Source: an uncultured Kiloniella sp. (GTDB lineage Bacteria; Pseudomonadota; Alphaproteobacteria; Kiloniellales; Kiloniellaceae). Taken from it: a stretch of DNA of 64,000 bases. Where the stretch lies: assembly GCF_937128705.1 (NCBI RefSeq), contig NZ_CAKZMP010000156.1:1906-65905 (forward strand). The letters are read 5' to 3'. The notes beneath the pieces are model-generated. The model saw only the letters and a program-made list of their open reading frames with translations. It did no database searches and had not been told where the DNA came from. Positions 47,893 to 57,714 of the stretch are shown here, one piece after another. Numbering within the stretch: the first letter of the stretch is position 1; the number at the start of each line of letters is the position of its first letter. A program made the position numbers and the translations under genes.

Positions 47893-50181
47893 TTAAAAAC
47901 TAGTCCCAAAGCTAAAGCTAAATATTTCAGTCTCATCATAATCTTCTTTTAATGCGGCAAAACCAAGATCCATTGCCAAAGGTCCAAAAGGTGAAGACCA
48001 CGTCAGGCCAGTACCAAAGCTAACCCTCGGGTTTGAAGAGTCATCAACACCTGAATCATTCCCATCAATGTTCCATGTTGCGCCAAAGTCAGAGAAAACA
48101 CGCCCCTTGACACCAAACTCTTCAGGTAAGCCAAGCGGGAAAGTTAACTCAACACTTCCGTTATAGAAATGTTTCCCACCAAGGGCATCATCACTGCCTT
48201 TATCTCGAGGCCCAACGCCACCAGATTTAAAGCCACGAAGTTTATCACCACCAAGGAAGAACCTATCAACGATACGCGTATCTTCGTCTAAGCCGATAAT
48301 ATTACCAACCTCTGCACGAGATTTTAAAATCAAATCTTCCGAGAATGAATAATAGTTGGTTCCACCTAATGTGACCTTCAAGTGCTGTACATCACCACCA
48401 AGGCCAGCAAGCTCATTTTCAAAGGTAAGAAGATAACCATCTGTCGGCGAAATCCGAGAGTCTAGTTTGTCATAGGTCAAAGTTGAAGATATCGCTGATT
48501 TAATCGAAGTACCTTCTTGTTCTTTAACAAGTTGAGCAGCATCAGAATCAATATTCTCAATCTCAATATGCTCAAAACGGTACCGCAAGACTTGGCGCAA
48601 TTCTTCAGATAAATCATAACCTATTCTAAGTGCGGCACCAGTCTTCTTCTCATCAAATGCAAGACTATCTTCTTCTCGTGTAATTCTGAAGATATCAAAG
48701 CCTGCTGCAATTTCTTTATCCAAGAAATAAGGTTCTGTGAAACTGATGTCGGCCTCTGAGCCCGAGCCAGCCAAAGCAATATTAAACCTTAAATCCTGTC
48801 CTTTTCCTAAGAGGTTTCGTTCCCGAATACCAATCGATCCAAGCGGGCCAGAGGAAGATGAGAAACCAGCACCAAAAGTCAATTCACCGGTCGATTGTTC
48901 CTCGACATCAACTTTAATAACTGTTCGATCTGGCGTACTTCCAGGCTCATTATTTACTTCCACAGATTGGAAGAAGCCAAGCCGTTGTATCCGAGATCTG
49001 GACCTTCTAAGTTTCGAGCTATTAAAAGCGTCCCCTTCTACAAGGCGGAACTCTCTACGAATTACCTTATCCAGCGTACGGCTGTTTCCTTCGATATCGA
49101 TACGTTCGACATATACTTTGGAGCCTTCAGAAATACTAAAGACAAGATCAATGACTTTATTTTCAGTATCTTTTTCTGGCAAAGGTCTCACATCGACAAA
49201 AGCATACCCCAAATCCCCGACTGCATCGGTGAGGTTATCAACGGTCTTATCGATCAGATCCGCATTATACCATTCATTTTCTTCCGGAAGAATTTGATCT
49301 TCAACAGTTGCCGGATCAAAATCCTTTAAGGCACTCTCAACATCAATAACTCCGAACTTATAACGGTCACCTTCGTTAATCGTGAAGGTGACGACAAAAG
49401 ACTCTCTGTTCGATGTTAGCTCAGCAATGACTGACTGAACCTCAAAGTCGGCATAGCCTTCTTTAAGGTAAAACCGTCTCAACAACTCTCTGTCAAAGGT
49501 CAAACGATCGGGGTCGTAAGTATCGCTATCCGTCAGGAAGTTCCAAAAAACAGTTTCAGATGTAGAGACAATGCCTTGCAATTTGCCATCAGAAAACTCT
49601 CTGTTTCCGATAAAATTAACCGTCGTAACATAACTTCGGTCACCTTCGGCAACCTCAAATACCAAATCAACTCTGTTCTGCGGTAATTGTATGACTTTTG
49701 GCTCAACCGTAGCAGCAAAGCGTCCTGAGCGGCGATAGAGTTCTAATATTTTTTGCGCATCGGCTTGTGCTTTTGTACGGGTAAAAACAACTCTTTCTCT
49801 CAAGGTTGTTTCTGCAGAAAGGATCTCATCATCAAGACGTTGATTACCCTCAAAGGCAATTCTGTTAATAATCGGATTTTCGACAACAACAACAATCAGA
49901 TCACCGCCCTGACGTTTCAAGGAAACATCTGCAAAAAGACCTGTTGCAAAGATACTTTTCAAGGATCGGTTTAAAAGAACGGGGTCAAAGGTATCACCTG
50001 GGTTCACTTCCATATAGGAGCGAACAGATTCAGGCTCAATTCGTTGTGTTCCCTCGACAACAATATTGTCAATGGTACCGCCAGACATAAGAGCCTGAGC
50101 AAAAACTTTCTGACTATTTCCAGCTTCTAAAACTAGAAATAGCCCCCCAATTAATAGCGAAAAAAGCGTCTTACGAAACAC
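47893..50181 (-). CDS. bamA: Outer membrane protein assembly factor BamA
   Basis: POTRA repeats (IVVEGTQRIE, RIAFEGN, RIDIEGNSRTLDKVIRREF), VEEQSTG, RGF motif, C-terminal FSFSFGTSF. Confidence 0.97.
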   Translation of the reverse strand: MFRKTLFSLLIGGLFLVLEAGNSQKVFAQALMSGGTIDNIVVEGTQRIEPESVRSYMEVNPGDTFDPVLLNRSLKSIFATGLFADVSLKRQGGDLIVVVVENPIINRIAFEGNQRLDDEILSAETTLRERVVFTRTKAQADAQKILELYRRSGRFAATVEPKVIQLPQNRVDLVFEVAEGDRSYVTTVNFIGNREFSDGKLQGIVSTSETVFWNFLTDSDTYDPDRLTFDRELLRRFYLKEGYADFEVQSVIAELTSNRESFVVTFTINEGDRYKFGVIDVESALKDFDPATVEDQILPEENEWYNADLIDKTVDNLTDAVGDLGYAFVDVRPLPEKDTENKVIDLVFSISEGSKVYVERIDIEGNSRTLDKVIRREFRLVEGDAFNSSKLRRSRSRIQRLGFFQSVEVNNEPGSTPDRTVIKVDVEEQSTGELTFGAGFSSSSGPLGSIGIRERNLLGKGQDLRFNIALAGSGSEADISFTEPYFLDKEIAAGFDIFRITREEDSLAFDEKKTGAALRIGYDLSEELRQVLRYRFEHIEIENIDSDAAQLVKEQEGTSIKSAISSTLTYDKLDSRISPTDGYLLTFENELAGLGGDVQHLKVTLGGTNYYSFSEDLILKSRAEVGNIIGLDEDTRIVDRFFLGGDKLRGFKSGGVGPRDKGSDDALGGKHFYNGSVELTFPLGLPEEFGVKGRVFSDFGATWNIDGNDSGVDDSSNPRVSFGTGLTWSSPFGPLAMDLGFAALKEDYDETEIFSFSFGTSF

Positions 50182-50236
50182 ATTTACCCCCGGGTAACCC
50201 GCATGAACTTGATTTCACAAGCAGATTCAGAACGAT

Positions 50237-51325
50237 TTATATAATCCATAAATCGTTCCAGGTCACAAATAACATTAAGCTCAATACCAGAGCCAGTCCA
50301 ATTCTGAAACAATATTCTTGAGCTCGTTCATTTAACGGCTTACCAGAAACTGCCTCAATCATATAAAAAAGCAAATGCCCACCATCAAGCATAGGGACAG
50401 GCAATAGATTTAAAAGCCCCAGATTGATAGACAGCATTGCCATCAAACCAATATAATACTCTAACCCAGCTTCGGCAGCCATACCAGACATCTTGGCTAT
50501 TTGAATAGGACCACCAAGTTCTTCCACAGAACGGTGCCCACTAAACATTTGCCCAATAGCTTTGAAGGTGCCGATAGAGACGTCATAAGTCTCAACGACA
50601 GCTGCGCTAACTGCAGATATAAAGCCATGCGTTTTTACCGATGATTGATCGCTCTGGATACCAATTAACCATCGTTTGGCTTCACGGCCATTATGATCTG
50701 TATAGAGATCAACCTTTGGCTGAACAGTCAGATAAACAAGTTCACTATCTCTCTCGACAACAACATCAATCGGATCTCCGGACCCTAATTGCACAAGACG
50801 TTGAAGTTGCTCAAAACGATCTATTTCTGTACCAGCAGCTTCTATAATCTTGTCATTCGTTTGAAAACCGGCAGCCTCTGCCGCACTGTTCTCCATAACC
50901 TGAGCGACAACAGCTGCTGAATAAGGCTGTCCGACAAAACTGTACAGTCCAGTTAAAAGAACAATAGCCAGAATAAAATTAGCAATCGGTCCAGCAGCGA
51001 CAATAGCAGCGCGCTGGCCTAATGACTTCGCTTTGAAAGTTGTTGCAAGTTCTTCCGGGGATAAATCTGAATTTCCAGCAGATGTTGAGCTGCTAACATC
51101 AGCATCTCCAAACATCTTCACATAACCGCCCAGCGGAATAATGCTGAATTTCCATCGCGTTTGATTCTTATCGTAAAACCCAAATAACTCAGGACCAAAG
51201 CCAACGGAAAAAACATCAACCTTTACACCATTCTTTCGCGCAACCCAGTAATGTCCGAGTTCATGAAAGAAAACCAGAATGGTTAGAAGCACTAAAAATG
51301 CGAGAAGTGGTGTAATAAATCCCAT
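50237..51325 (-). CDS. rseP: RIP metalloprotease RseP
   Basis: HELGH, GGYVKM, AAGPIANF, PDZ domain, NLLPVPMLDGG. Confidence 0.96.
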   Translation of the reverse strand: MGFITPLLAFLVLLTILVFFHELGHYWVARKNGVKVDVFSVGFGPELFGFYDKNQTRWKFSIIPLGGYVKMFGDADVSSSTSAGNSDLSPEELATTFKAKSLGQRAAIVAAGPIANFILAIVLLTGLYSFVGQPYSAAVVAQVMENSAAEAAGFQTNDKIIEAAGTEIDRFEQLQRLVQLGSGDPIDVVVERDSELVYLTVQPKVDLYTDHNGREAKRWLIGIQSDQSSVKTHGFISAVSAAVVETYDVSIGTFKAIGQMFSGHRSVEELGGPIQIAKMSGMAAEAGLEYYIGLMAMLSINLGLLNLLPVPMLDGGHLLFYMIEAVSGKPLNERAQEYCFRIGLALVLSLMLFVTWNDLWII

Positions 51326-51438
51326 TAGATAAATCTTATAACCATTGTTATTATAATCATATTACTCAAGAAGGACGGCATATTAGCCCTTTGCTCTCCT
51401 ATTCAAAAGCTTTTTTGCAGAACAAATAAGTTAAAATA

Positions 51439-52581
51439 TCAATTTATCTGCGCCCTACTCCAATTCCGAACTTCCGCGTCCACCATTTTTACCGTTTCAA
51501 GCGAATTAATGTCTATCTCGTCAAAAGTACAAACTGCTTTTTCGACAAGTTCAGATATTCCCAAAAAGGACATCCTTTTCTGCAAAAAAGCTTCGACCGC
51601 AATCTCGTTCGCAGCATTAAACACAATCGTTTTATGATTCCGAAGGGCTTCTCTGGCAATTTCGAGGGCAGGAAATTTATCGTGATCCGGTGTTTCAAAA
51701 GTCAGTTTGGAAATTTCCGCTAAATCAAGTTGCTTAACAGGGGTTTTCATTCTTTCAGGCCAAGCAAGTGCACAAGCTATGGGGGTTCTCATATCAGGGT
51801 CCCCCAACTGAGCAAGTACGGACCCATCAATATAGCTCACGGTTGAATGAATAATTGATTGCGGATGGATCAAAACCTTTATCCGATCCTCAGGTAGGCC
51901 AAACAAATAGGCCGCCTCGATTAGCTCTAGTCCTTTGTTCATCATTGTCGCTGAATCAATCGAAATCTTCGCCCCCATATCCCAATTGGGATGAGCAAGT
52001 GCTTGTTGAGGCGTAACCGTCTCCATTTCCTGTTTTGTAAAACATCGAAATGGCCCGCCGGATGCGGTCAAAGTAATATGATCGATACCAAATTTATTAT
52101 CAAAGTCGAATACTTGAAAGATCGCGTTATGCTCTGAATCCACAGGGAGGAGGGTTGCGTTATTTTTACGGACCTCCTCAACCATTAGATCCCCAGCACA
52201 AACAAGCGCTTCTTTGTTTGCCAGAAGAATGGTTGCACCGCGCTTAATAGCAGTTAAAGTCGGCGCCAGTCCGGCAAAGCCAACAATCGCGGCCATCACC
52301 TGATCCGCAGGACGAGCAGCTGCTTCCAATAAAGCTTCTTCACCCGCAGCAACTTCTATGTCTTTTCCTGATAAGGCATTTTTCAGATCATTGTATGCCT
52401 TCTTATCTGCGACAACAGCCATTTTGGCATTAAGTTCAATAGCCTGCTGTGCCAGCAGATCAACATTCTTATTTGCGGTTAAAGCCTCAACATCAAACAA
52501 TTCCGGGGATCGCTTTAACAAATCAACGGTGCTTGTGCCAACTGACCCCGTAGAGCCCATGACAGTTATAGATTTTTTCAC
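51439..52581 (-). CDS. dxr: 1-deoxy-D-xylulose-5-phosphate reductoisomerase
   Basis: GSTGSVG, LANKEALV, PVDSEH, LTASGGPF, HPNWDMGAKISIDSATMMNKGLE. Confidence 0.97.
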   Translation of the reverse strand: MKKSITVMGSTGSVGTSTVDLLKRSPELFDVEALTANKNVDLLAQQAIELNAKMAVVADKKAYNDLKNALSGKDIEVAAGEEALLEAAARPADQVMAAIVGFAGLAPTLTAIKRGATILLANKEALVCAGDLMVEEVRKNNATLLPVDSEHNAIFQVFDFDNKFGIDHITLTASGGPFRCFTKQEMETVTPQQALAHPNWDMGAKISIDSATMMNKGLELIEAAYLFGLPEDRIKVLIHPQSIIHSTVSYIDGSVLAQLGDPDMRTPIACALAWPERMKTPVKQLDLAEISKLTFETPDHDKFPALEIAREALRNHKTIVFNAANEIAVEAFLQKRMSFLGISELVEKAVCTFDEIDINSLETVKMVDAEVRNWSRAQIN

Positions 52582-52640
52582 TACAGCACCTTTACCTTAC
52601 AACGATTTGAGTTTGATGTACGCCCATAAATACGGCTGTA

Positions 52641-53453
52641 TTAATACACAAGATGAATAAGAAAAACCAATAAAGAACAAGCCAAAAGTCCGTCCACTCG
52701 ATCAAACAGACCGCCATGACCGGGAATAAGATTACTGGAATCTTTTGCATCGAATTTACGCTTAATGTGCGACTCAAAAAAATCACCCATTTGAGAAACA
52801 ACAGCCAAACAAGCCCCAAAAAAACCCAGAAGGATCGGGCTAAAAAGCTCTGTCGATATAGCAAAACCAAAACTGATAGCGGCGGCAGCAATCATCCCAC
52901 CAATTAAACCCGCCCATGTTTTTTTCGGACTAATACTTGGCGCTATCTTTGGGCCGCCGATCGATTTTCCTGAAAAATAAGCCCCGATATCTGTTGACCA
53001 AACAACTAGCAATATCCAAAGAACAATTTCAAATCCATTATCAGAGCCATTGCGAAGCCACAATAAGGAATAGGTTGTAACAGAAACGTATCCCAACCCT
53101 AAAGTTAACCAAAAAGCCTGAGGAACATCCCGTTCAATAAACTTTGTATAGGCAAAAATTAAAACAGTGCATAGTAACAACACTGGAATGAAAAGCTCTT
53201 CAAATCCCAATGCACCCAACACCAGCAACGTTGTTACACTGGCGACAAGCAGCCACCCAGGAACTCTGATGTGACGACGTCCAGTCAACATTGCCCATTC
53301 CCAAGAAAGAATGAGTGCGCAGAGAACAATCAATCCATCGCTATAAGGAGAGCCGAAATAAACAGCGGCAAGAACTGGCGGGCCAAGAACAATTGAAGAA
53401 AGCGACCGAATTAAAAGGTCGCTCTTTTTAGGCTGTTTCGGCTGCGGATCCAT
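52641..53453 (-). CDS. cdsA: Phosphatidate cytidylyltransferase
   Basis: TDIGAYFSGK, ISPKKTWAG, GDFFES..KR...KDSSNLIPGHGGLFDRVD; start at 53453 or 53483. Confidence 0.95.
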   Translation of the reverse strand: MDPQPKQPKKSDLLIRSLSSIVLGPPVLAAVYFGSPYSDGLIVLCALILSWEWAMLTGRRHIRVPGWLLVASVTTLLVLGALGFEELFIPVLLLCTVLIFAYTKFIERDVPQAFWLTLGLGYVSVTTYSLLWLRNGSDNGFEIVLWILLVVWSTDIGAYFSGKSIGGPKIAPSISPKKTWAGLIGGMIAAAAISFGFAISTELFSPILLGFFGACLAVVSQMGDFFESHIKRKFDAKDSSNLIPGHGGLFDRVDGLLACSLLVFLIHLVY

Positions 53454-54144
53454 AACGTCGCTCACGTTTTTGGTACTCCTCAATAGCCGAAATCAAATCT
53501 TGTTCAGAAAAGTCGGGCCAATATTTTTCAATAAAAACCATCTCGCTATAGGCAAGTTGCCAAAGCAGGAAGTTACTTATACGCATTTCCCCACTGGTAC
53601 GTATAAGAAGATCTGGATCCGGAATATCCGAAGTATAAAGCTCTTGCTCAAAACAAGACTCTGTTATTTCGTCACTTTTCAGATCACCACGTTTAACTTT
53701 TAGAGCAATATTTTTAGTTGCTTCAACAATCTCTTGTCGACCGCCATAGCTCAAAGCCATAACAACCGTCATCTTTGCATTATCACGCGTTTGTTGTTCT
53801 GCATCTTCAATCAGACGAACAATATCTGCTGCAAGTTTAGAACGGTCTCCAATGACTTTTAGGCGAATACCAGCTTTATGGAATGTTGCCAGCTCACTTT
53901 GCAGGTATCTGCGCAACAACCCCATAATATCATTGATTTCACTTTCAGGACGATTCCAGTTCTCTGACGAGAAGCTGTAAAAGGTCATGTAAGGAATACC
54001 AATTTTTATTGCAGACTTAAGCAACTCGCGCAAAGCTTCGGCACCTTTACGATGCCCAAATGCCCGGGGCAAATGTCTCGCATTTGCCCACCGACCATTC
54101 CCATCCATTATGACGGCAATATGCTTTGGTATTCCTGTGGTCAT
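53428..54144 (-). CDS. uppS: Undecaprenyl diphosphate synthase
   Basis: HIAVIMDGNGRWA, FSSENWNRP, YGGRQEI, IRTSGEMRISNFLLWQ. Confidence 0.97.
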   Translation of the reverse strand: MTTGIPKHIAVIMDGNGRWANARHLPRAFGHRKGAEALRELLKSAIKIGIPYMTFYSFSSENWNRPESEINDIMGLLRRYLQSELATFHKAGIRLKVIGDRSKLAADIVRLIEDAEQQTRDNAKMTVVMALSYGGRQEIVEATKNIALKVKRGDLKSDEITESCFEQELYTSDIPDPDLLIRTSGEMRISNFLLWQLAYSEMVFIEKYWPDFSEQDLISAIEEYQKRERRYGSAAETA

Positions 54145-54170
54145 CGCTAAATCAGAACAATCATGCAGTC

Positions 54171-54731
54171 TTAAACCTGCATGATTTCCTCTTCTTTTTG
54201 CGCAGTTGCGTCATCAATCTTCTTGATATGAGCATCTGTTATTTTCTGGATTTCATCACCCCAGCTATGCATTTCATCCTGAGAGATTTCACCGTCTTTT
54301 TCCATCTTCTTCAGGGCTTCCATACCATCACGGCGAACATTCCGTACAGCGACCTTCCCCTGCTCGGAATACTTCCCGGCAATTTTAGTCAGCTCTTTAC
54401 GGCGCTCTTCAGAAAGTGGTGGGATTGGAACACGAACCAATTGGCCATCTGGGGATGGATTCAAACCAAGTCCAGATTCTCTAATCGCCTTTTCAACAGC
54501 ACCAACCATTGATTTGTCCCACACCTGAACAGCAAGCATCCGAGATTCGGGCACGGTCACAGTCCCAACCTGAGTAAGAGGCATAGAAGCGCCATAGGCA
54601 TCAACCATGATAGGATCAAGTAGCGCAATAGATGCACGTCCTGTCCGTAACCCGGTAAATTCCTTATTCAGTGATTCAAGCGCACCATCCATACGACGTG
54701 ATAAATCTTTAATGAGGGCATCTTGCGACAC
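54171..54731 (-). CDS. frr: Ribosome recycling factor
   Basis: [32 protein letters not shown]. Confidence 0.97.
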   Translation of the reverse strand: MSQDALIKDLSRRMDGALESLNKEFTGLRTGRASIALLDPIMVDAYGASMPLTQVGTVTVPESRMLAVQVWDKSMVGAVEKAIRESGLGLNPSPDGQLVRVPIPPLSEERRKELTKIAGKYSEQGKVAVRNVRRDGMEALKKMEKDGEISQDEMHSWGDEIQKITDAHIKKIDDATAQKEEEIMQV

Positions 54732-54745
54732 AGCCTATCCCCTTC

Positions 54746-55462
54746 TTATTTAATAATAGTAAAACAACCTTCGCCACCAACAGCTTTGGCGAAAGAACCT
54801 GTTTCATAAATAGAAAACACAATAATCGGTATATTATTTTCCCGCGTCAGTGCAATAGCAGAATGATCCATAACACCTAAATCATCCGTAAAGACACGCT
54901 TATAAGAAAGACTTTCAAAGCGTTCTGCAGTTGGATCTTTTACAGGATCAGCAGAATAGACGCCATCAACTTTTGTACCTTTCAGCAATACTTCACATCC
55001 CATTTCCGAGGCGCGCAAAGCAGCAGCCGTATCGGTTGTGAAATAAGGATTACCCGTACCAGCACCAAAAATAACGACCCGCCCTTTGTCCAGATGGCGT
55101 TCTGCGCGTCTACGAATATAAGGCTCGGCAACAGTATCCATAGGGATCGCAGTTTGAACACGGGTTTCAACCCCAACTTGTTCCAAAGCATTCTGCATTG
55201 CCAGCGAATTCATCACGGTTGCAAGCATGCCCATATAATCAGCAGTTGAACGCTCCATACCAGCAGCTGCACCGGAAAGCCCGCGGAAGATATTACCACC
55301 ACCAACGACAACACAGACCTCTACGCCCATCCCGACGACTTCTTTAATATCTAGCGCAATCTGGTTTACTGTCTCAGGATCCAGCCCGAACTGGCCATTC
55401 CCCATAAGCGCTTCACCAGAAAGCTTTAAAAGAACACGTTTATATTTGGGTGCGTCTGTCAC
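54746..55462 (-). CDS. pyrH: Uridylate kinase
   Basis: [38 protein letters not shown]; GTG at 55462 with AGGAGA RBS. Confidence 0.97.
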   Translation of the reverse strand: MTDAPKYKRVLLKLSGEALMGNGQFGLDPETVNQIALDIKEVVGMGVEVCVVVGGGNIFRGLSGAAAGMERSTADYMGMLATVMNSLAMQNALEQVGVETRVQTAIPMDTVAEPYIRRRAERHLDKGRVVIFGAGTGNPYFTTDTAAALRASEMGCEVLLKGTKVDGVYSADPVKDPTAERFESLSYKRVFTDDLGVMDHSAIALTRENNIPIIVFSIYETGSFAKAVGGEGCFTIIK

Positions 55463-55577
55463 AGAGATCTCCTTTGTCCACTGCGATACCAAATCATCCT
55501 ATTATCCGAACACTCTTCTAGCGTAAAAATGTGCTCGAAAAAAGACAATCCTAGTCGAAGCGAGTGATTTTGAATAC

Positions 55578-55624
55578 AAAAATGGCCCCGACCTCTCTCC
55601 CTACAGGAAGAACAGATCGCGGCC
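55578..55624 (-). terminator. Putative terminator after tsf
   Basis: Imperfect GC-rich hairpin ggccgcgatct...aggtcggggcc followed by ATTTTTG on the minus strand. Confidence 0.5.
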
Positions 55625-55639
55625 AAATTCGTGATTTAC

Positions 55640-56566
55640 TTAGTTACCGAGTGTCGCAGCAACTTCAGCAGCAAAGTCTTCTTCTTTTTTCTCAATGCCT
55701 TCACCAAGCTGGAAACGAACGAAACCAGTTAGTTTTACAGGAGCACCAAGTTCTTTAGCAAAAAGCTCAACAGCTTTACCGACAGAATTTTCACCATCGA
55801 TAACATAACCCTGCTCTAGCAAGCATACTTCTTCGTAATACTTGCGAAGACGACCAACGAGCATTTTCTCGATGATTTCTTCTGGCTTACCAGAAGCACG
55901 TGCCTGATCAGAAAGAACTTCTTTCTCACGCTCAAGAGCAGTAACATCAACAGAGTCACGATCAAGCGCCTGCGGGTTAGCAGCAGCAACATGCATTGCA
56001 ACCTGCTTACCGAAAGCTTCAAGCTTAGCCGCATCACCAGATGACTCAAGAGCAACCAACACACCAATTTTACCAAGACCAGGAGCTGTCTGATTGTGGA
56101 TGTAAGAAGCAACAACACCTTCACTAACTTCCAAAGAAGCAGTGCGACGTAGGCTCATGTTTTCGCCGATAGTTGCGATGTTTTTAGTCAACACGTCAGC
56201 AACAGTACCCTCACCACCTGGGTAATCAGCATTTGCAAGTGCCTCAACATCACCGCCAACAGTCAGAGCCTGCTGAGCAACAGCTTTAACGAAAGACTGG
56301 AACTGTTCGTTACGAGAAACAAAGTCTGTTTCTGCGTTAACTTCAACAACAGCACCTTTGGCACCGTCGGTAGAAACAGCAACAAGACCTTCTGAAGCGA
56401 CACGACCTGCTTTTTTAGCAGCGGCAGCAAGACCTTTTTTACGAAGCCAATCAACGGCTCCTTCTAAGTTACCATCAGTTTCGGCAAGGGCTTTTTTACA
56501 ATCCATCATGCCGGCACCGGACTGATCCCGGAGTTCTTTAACCAGAGCAGCAGTAATCTGGGCCAT
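55640..56566 (-). CDS. tsf: Elongation factor Ts
   Basis: [45 protein letters not shown]. Confidence 0.98.
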   Translation of the reverse strand: MAQITAALVKELRDQSGAGMMDCKKALAETDGNLEGAVDWLRKKGLAAAAKKAGRVASEGLVAVSTDGAKGAVVEVNAETDFVSRNEQFQSFVKAVAQQALTVGGDVEALANADYPGGEGTVADVLTKNIATIGENMSLRRTASLEVSEGVVASYIHNQTAPGLGKIGVLVALESSGDAAKLEAFGKQVAMHVAAANPQALDRDSVDVTALEREKEVLSDQARASGKPEEIIEKMLVGRLRKYYEEVCLLEQGYVIDGENSVGKAVELFAKELGAPVKLTGFVRFQLGEGIEKKEEDFAAEVAATLGN

Positions 56567-56614
56567 TTTCTATCTCTTTTCAGAAATTAAATATCAACAT
56601 AGACACAAGTACGA

Positions 56615-56640
56615 GAACGGCGGCATACGAGCCGCCGTTC
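56615..56640 (-). terminator. Hairpin in the rpsB-tsf intergenic region
   Basis: gaacggcggc-atacga-gccgccgttc 10-bp stem; U-tract weak, so possibly a stabiliser or partial terminator. Confidence 0.45.
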
Positions 56641-56662
56641 CAATCGTTCATTTGCGAACAGC

Positions 56663-57496
56663 TTAAGCTTCAGCAGCAGCGGCTTCGGCAGGAGCTTTCT
56701 CTTCAGAAGCAGCTTCAGCGGCTGGCGCTTCTTCAGCAGCGGCGGCTTCAGGTAGCTGCTCGGCAGGAGCTTCTTCAGAAGCACCGATATCTGCACCAGA
56801 AGCAGTCAGCTCTTGCTGAAGACCATCGATAACCGCATCGGCAAAGAGGTCACAGTAAAGGCTGATCGCACGGATAGCATCATCGTTACCAGGAATTGGG
56901 AACGTGATGTCAGCAGGATCAGAGTTTGAATCAAGGATACCAACAACAGGAATTTTTAGTTTCGCTGCTTCAGCAATTGCAAGGTGTTCCTTGTTTGTGT
57001 CGATAACAACGATCACATCAGGAATACCACCCATTTCCTTAATTCCACCAAGAGCGCGCTCTAGCTTATCGCGCTGACGTGTAAGATTAAGAAGTTCTTT
57101 TTTAGTCAGACCACCCTGATCGTTGTCAAGACGCTCATCAAGCTCTTTCAGACGACGGATAGAGTTAGAAACTGTTTTCCAGTTCGTGAGCATTCCGCCC
57201 AACCAACGGTGGTTAACATAGTACTGACCACAGCGTTTTGCTGCTTCAGCCATTTTCTCACTTGCCTGACGTTTTGTTCCAACGAACAGAACGCGACCGC
57301 CACCGGCAACAACTTCACGTGTGAAAGCAAGACCTTTGTGGAGCATTGGTACGCTCTGCTCAAGATCAAGAATGTGGATGCCGTTACGTGCACCAAAAAT
57401 GTACTGAGACATTTTCGGGTTCCAACGACGAGTTGTGTGACCGAAGTGAACACCAGCTTCTAGAAGCTGACGCATTGTAAATGTAGGAAGCGCCAT
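56663..57496 (-). CDS. rpsB: 30S ribosomal protein S2
   Basis: [46 protein letters not shown]; ATG at 57496; Ala/Glu-rich tail. Confidence 0.98.
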   Translation of the reverse strand: MALPTFTMRQLLEAGVHFGHTTRRWNPKMSQYIFGARNGIHILDLEQSVPMLHKGLAFTREVVAGGGRVLFVGTKRQASEKMAEAAKRCGQYYVNHRWLGGMLTNWKTVSNSIRRLKELDERLDNDQGGLTKKELLNLTRQRDKLERALGGIKEMGGIPDVIVVIDTNKEHLAIAEAAKLKIPVVGILDSNSDPADITFPIPGNDDAIRAISLYCDLFADAVIDGLQQELTASGADIGASEEAPAEQLPEAAAAEEAPAAEAASEEKAPAEAAAAEA

Positions 57497-57615
57497 AGAA
57501 TAAACCTTTTCTCTTCCGGTTAAACTTCCGCAGGCCGTAATCGCTATCCAAGATAGAGACACCAGAAACGACGAACAAACTGTTCTCGTTAGACCTACGT
57601 GTTGTTTTAGTGATA
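57497..57615 (-). promoter_or_regulatory. rpsB 5' leader, S2 autoregulatory element (t44-like)
   Basis: Leader carries ACACGT...GGTGT...GCCTGCGGAAG...TAACCGG motifs that resemble proteobacterial rpsB leaders; covariance model not run. Confidence 0.55.
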
Positions 57616-57621
57616 TTGCGG

Positions 57622-57650
57622 GTGATACTCTTCTAGAGCAAAGGATGCAA
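57622..57650 (-). promoter_or_regulatory. sigma70 promoter of rpsB-tsf
   Basis: Minus strand TTGCAT-N17-TATCAC. Confidence 0.55.
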
Positions 57651-57714
57651 GTCTTTTCTCTCCCACAAATGCATTCATCATAATTATATCATCAAAAGCA
57701 TCATATATCAGGTA

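Noticed and set aside
56663-56800. Ala/Glu/Pro low-complexity repeat at the end of rpsB
   Set aside because: Such tails are common in alphaproteobacterial S2 proteins and there is no exact nucleotide tandem repeat
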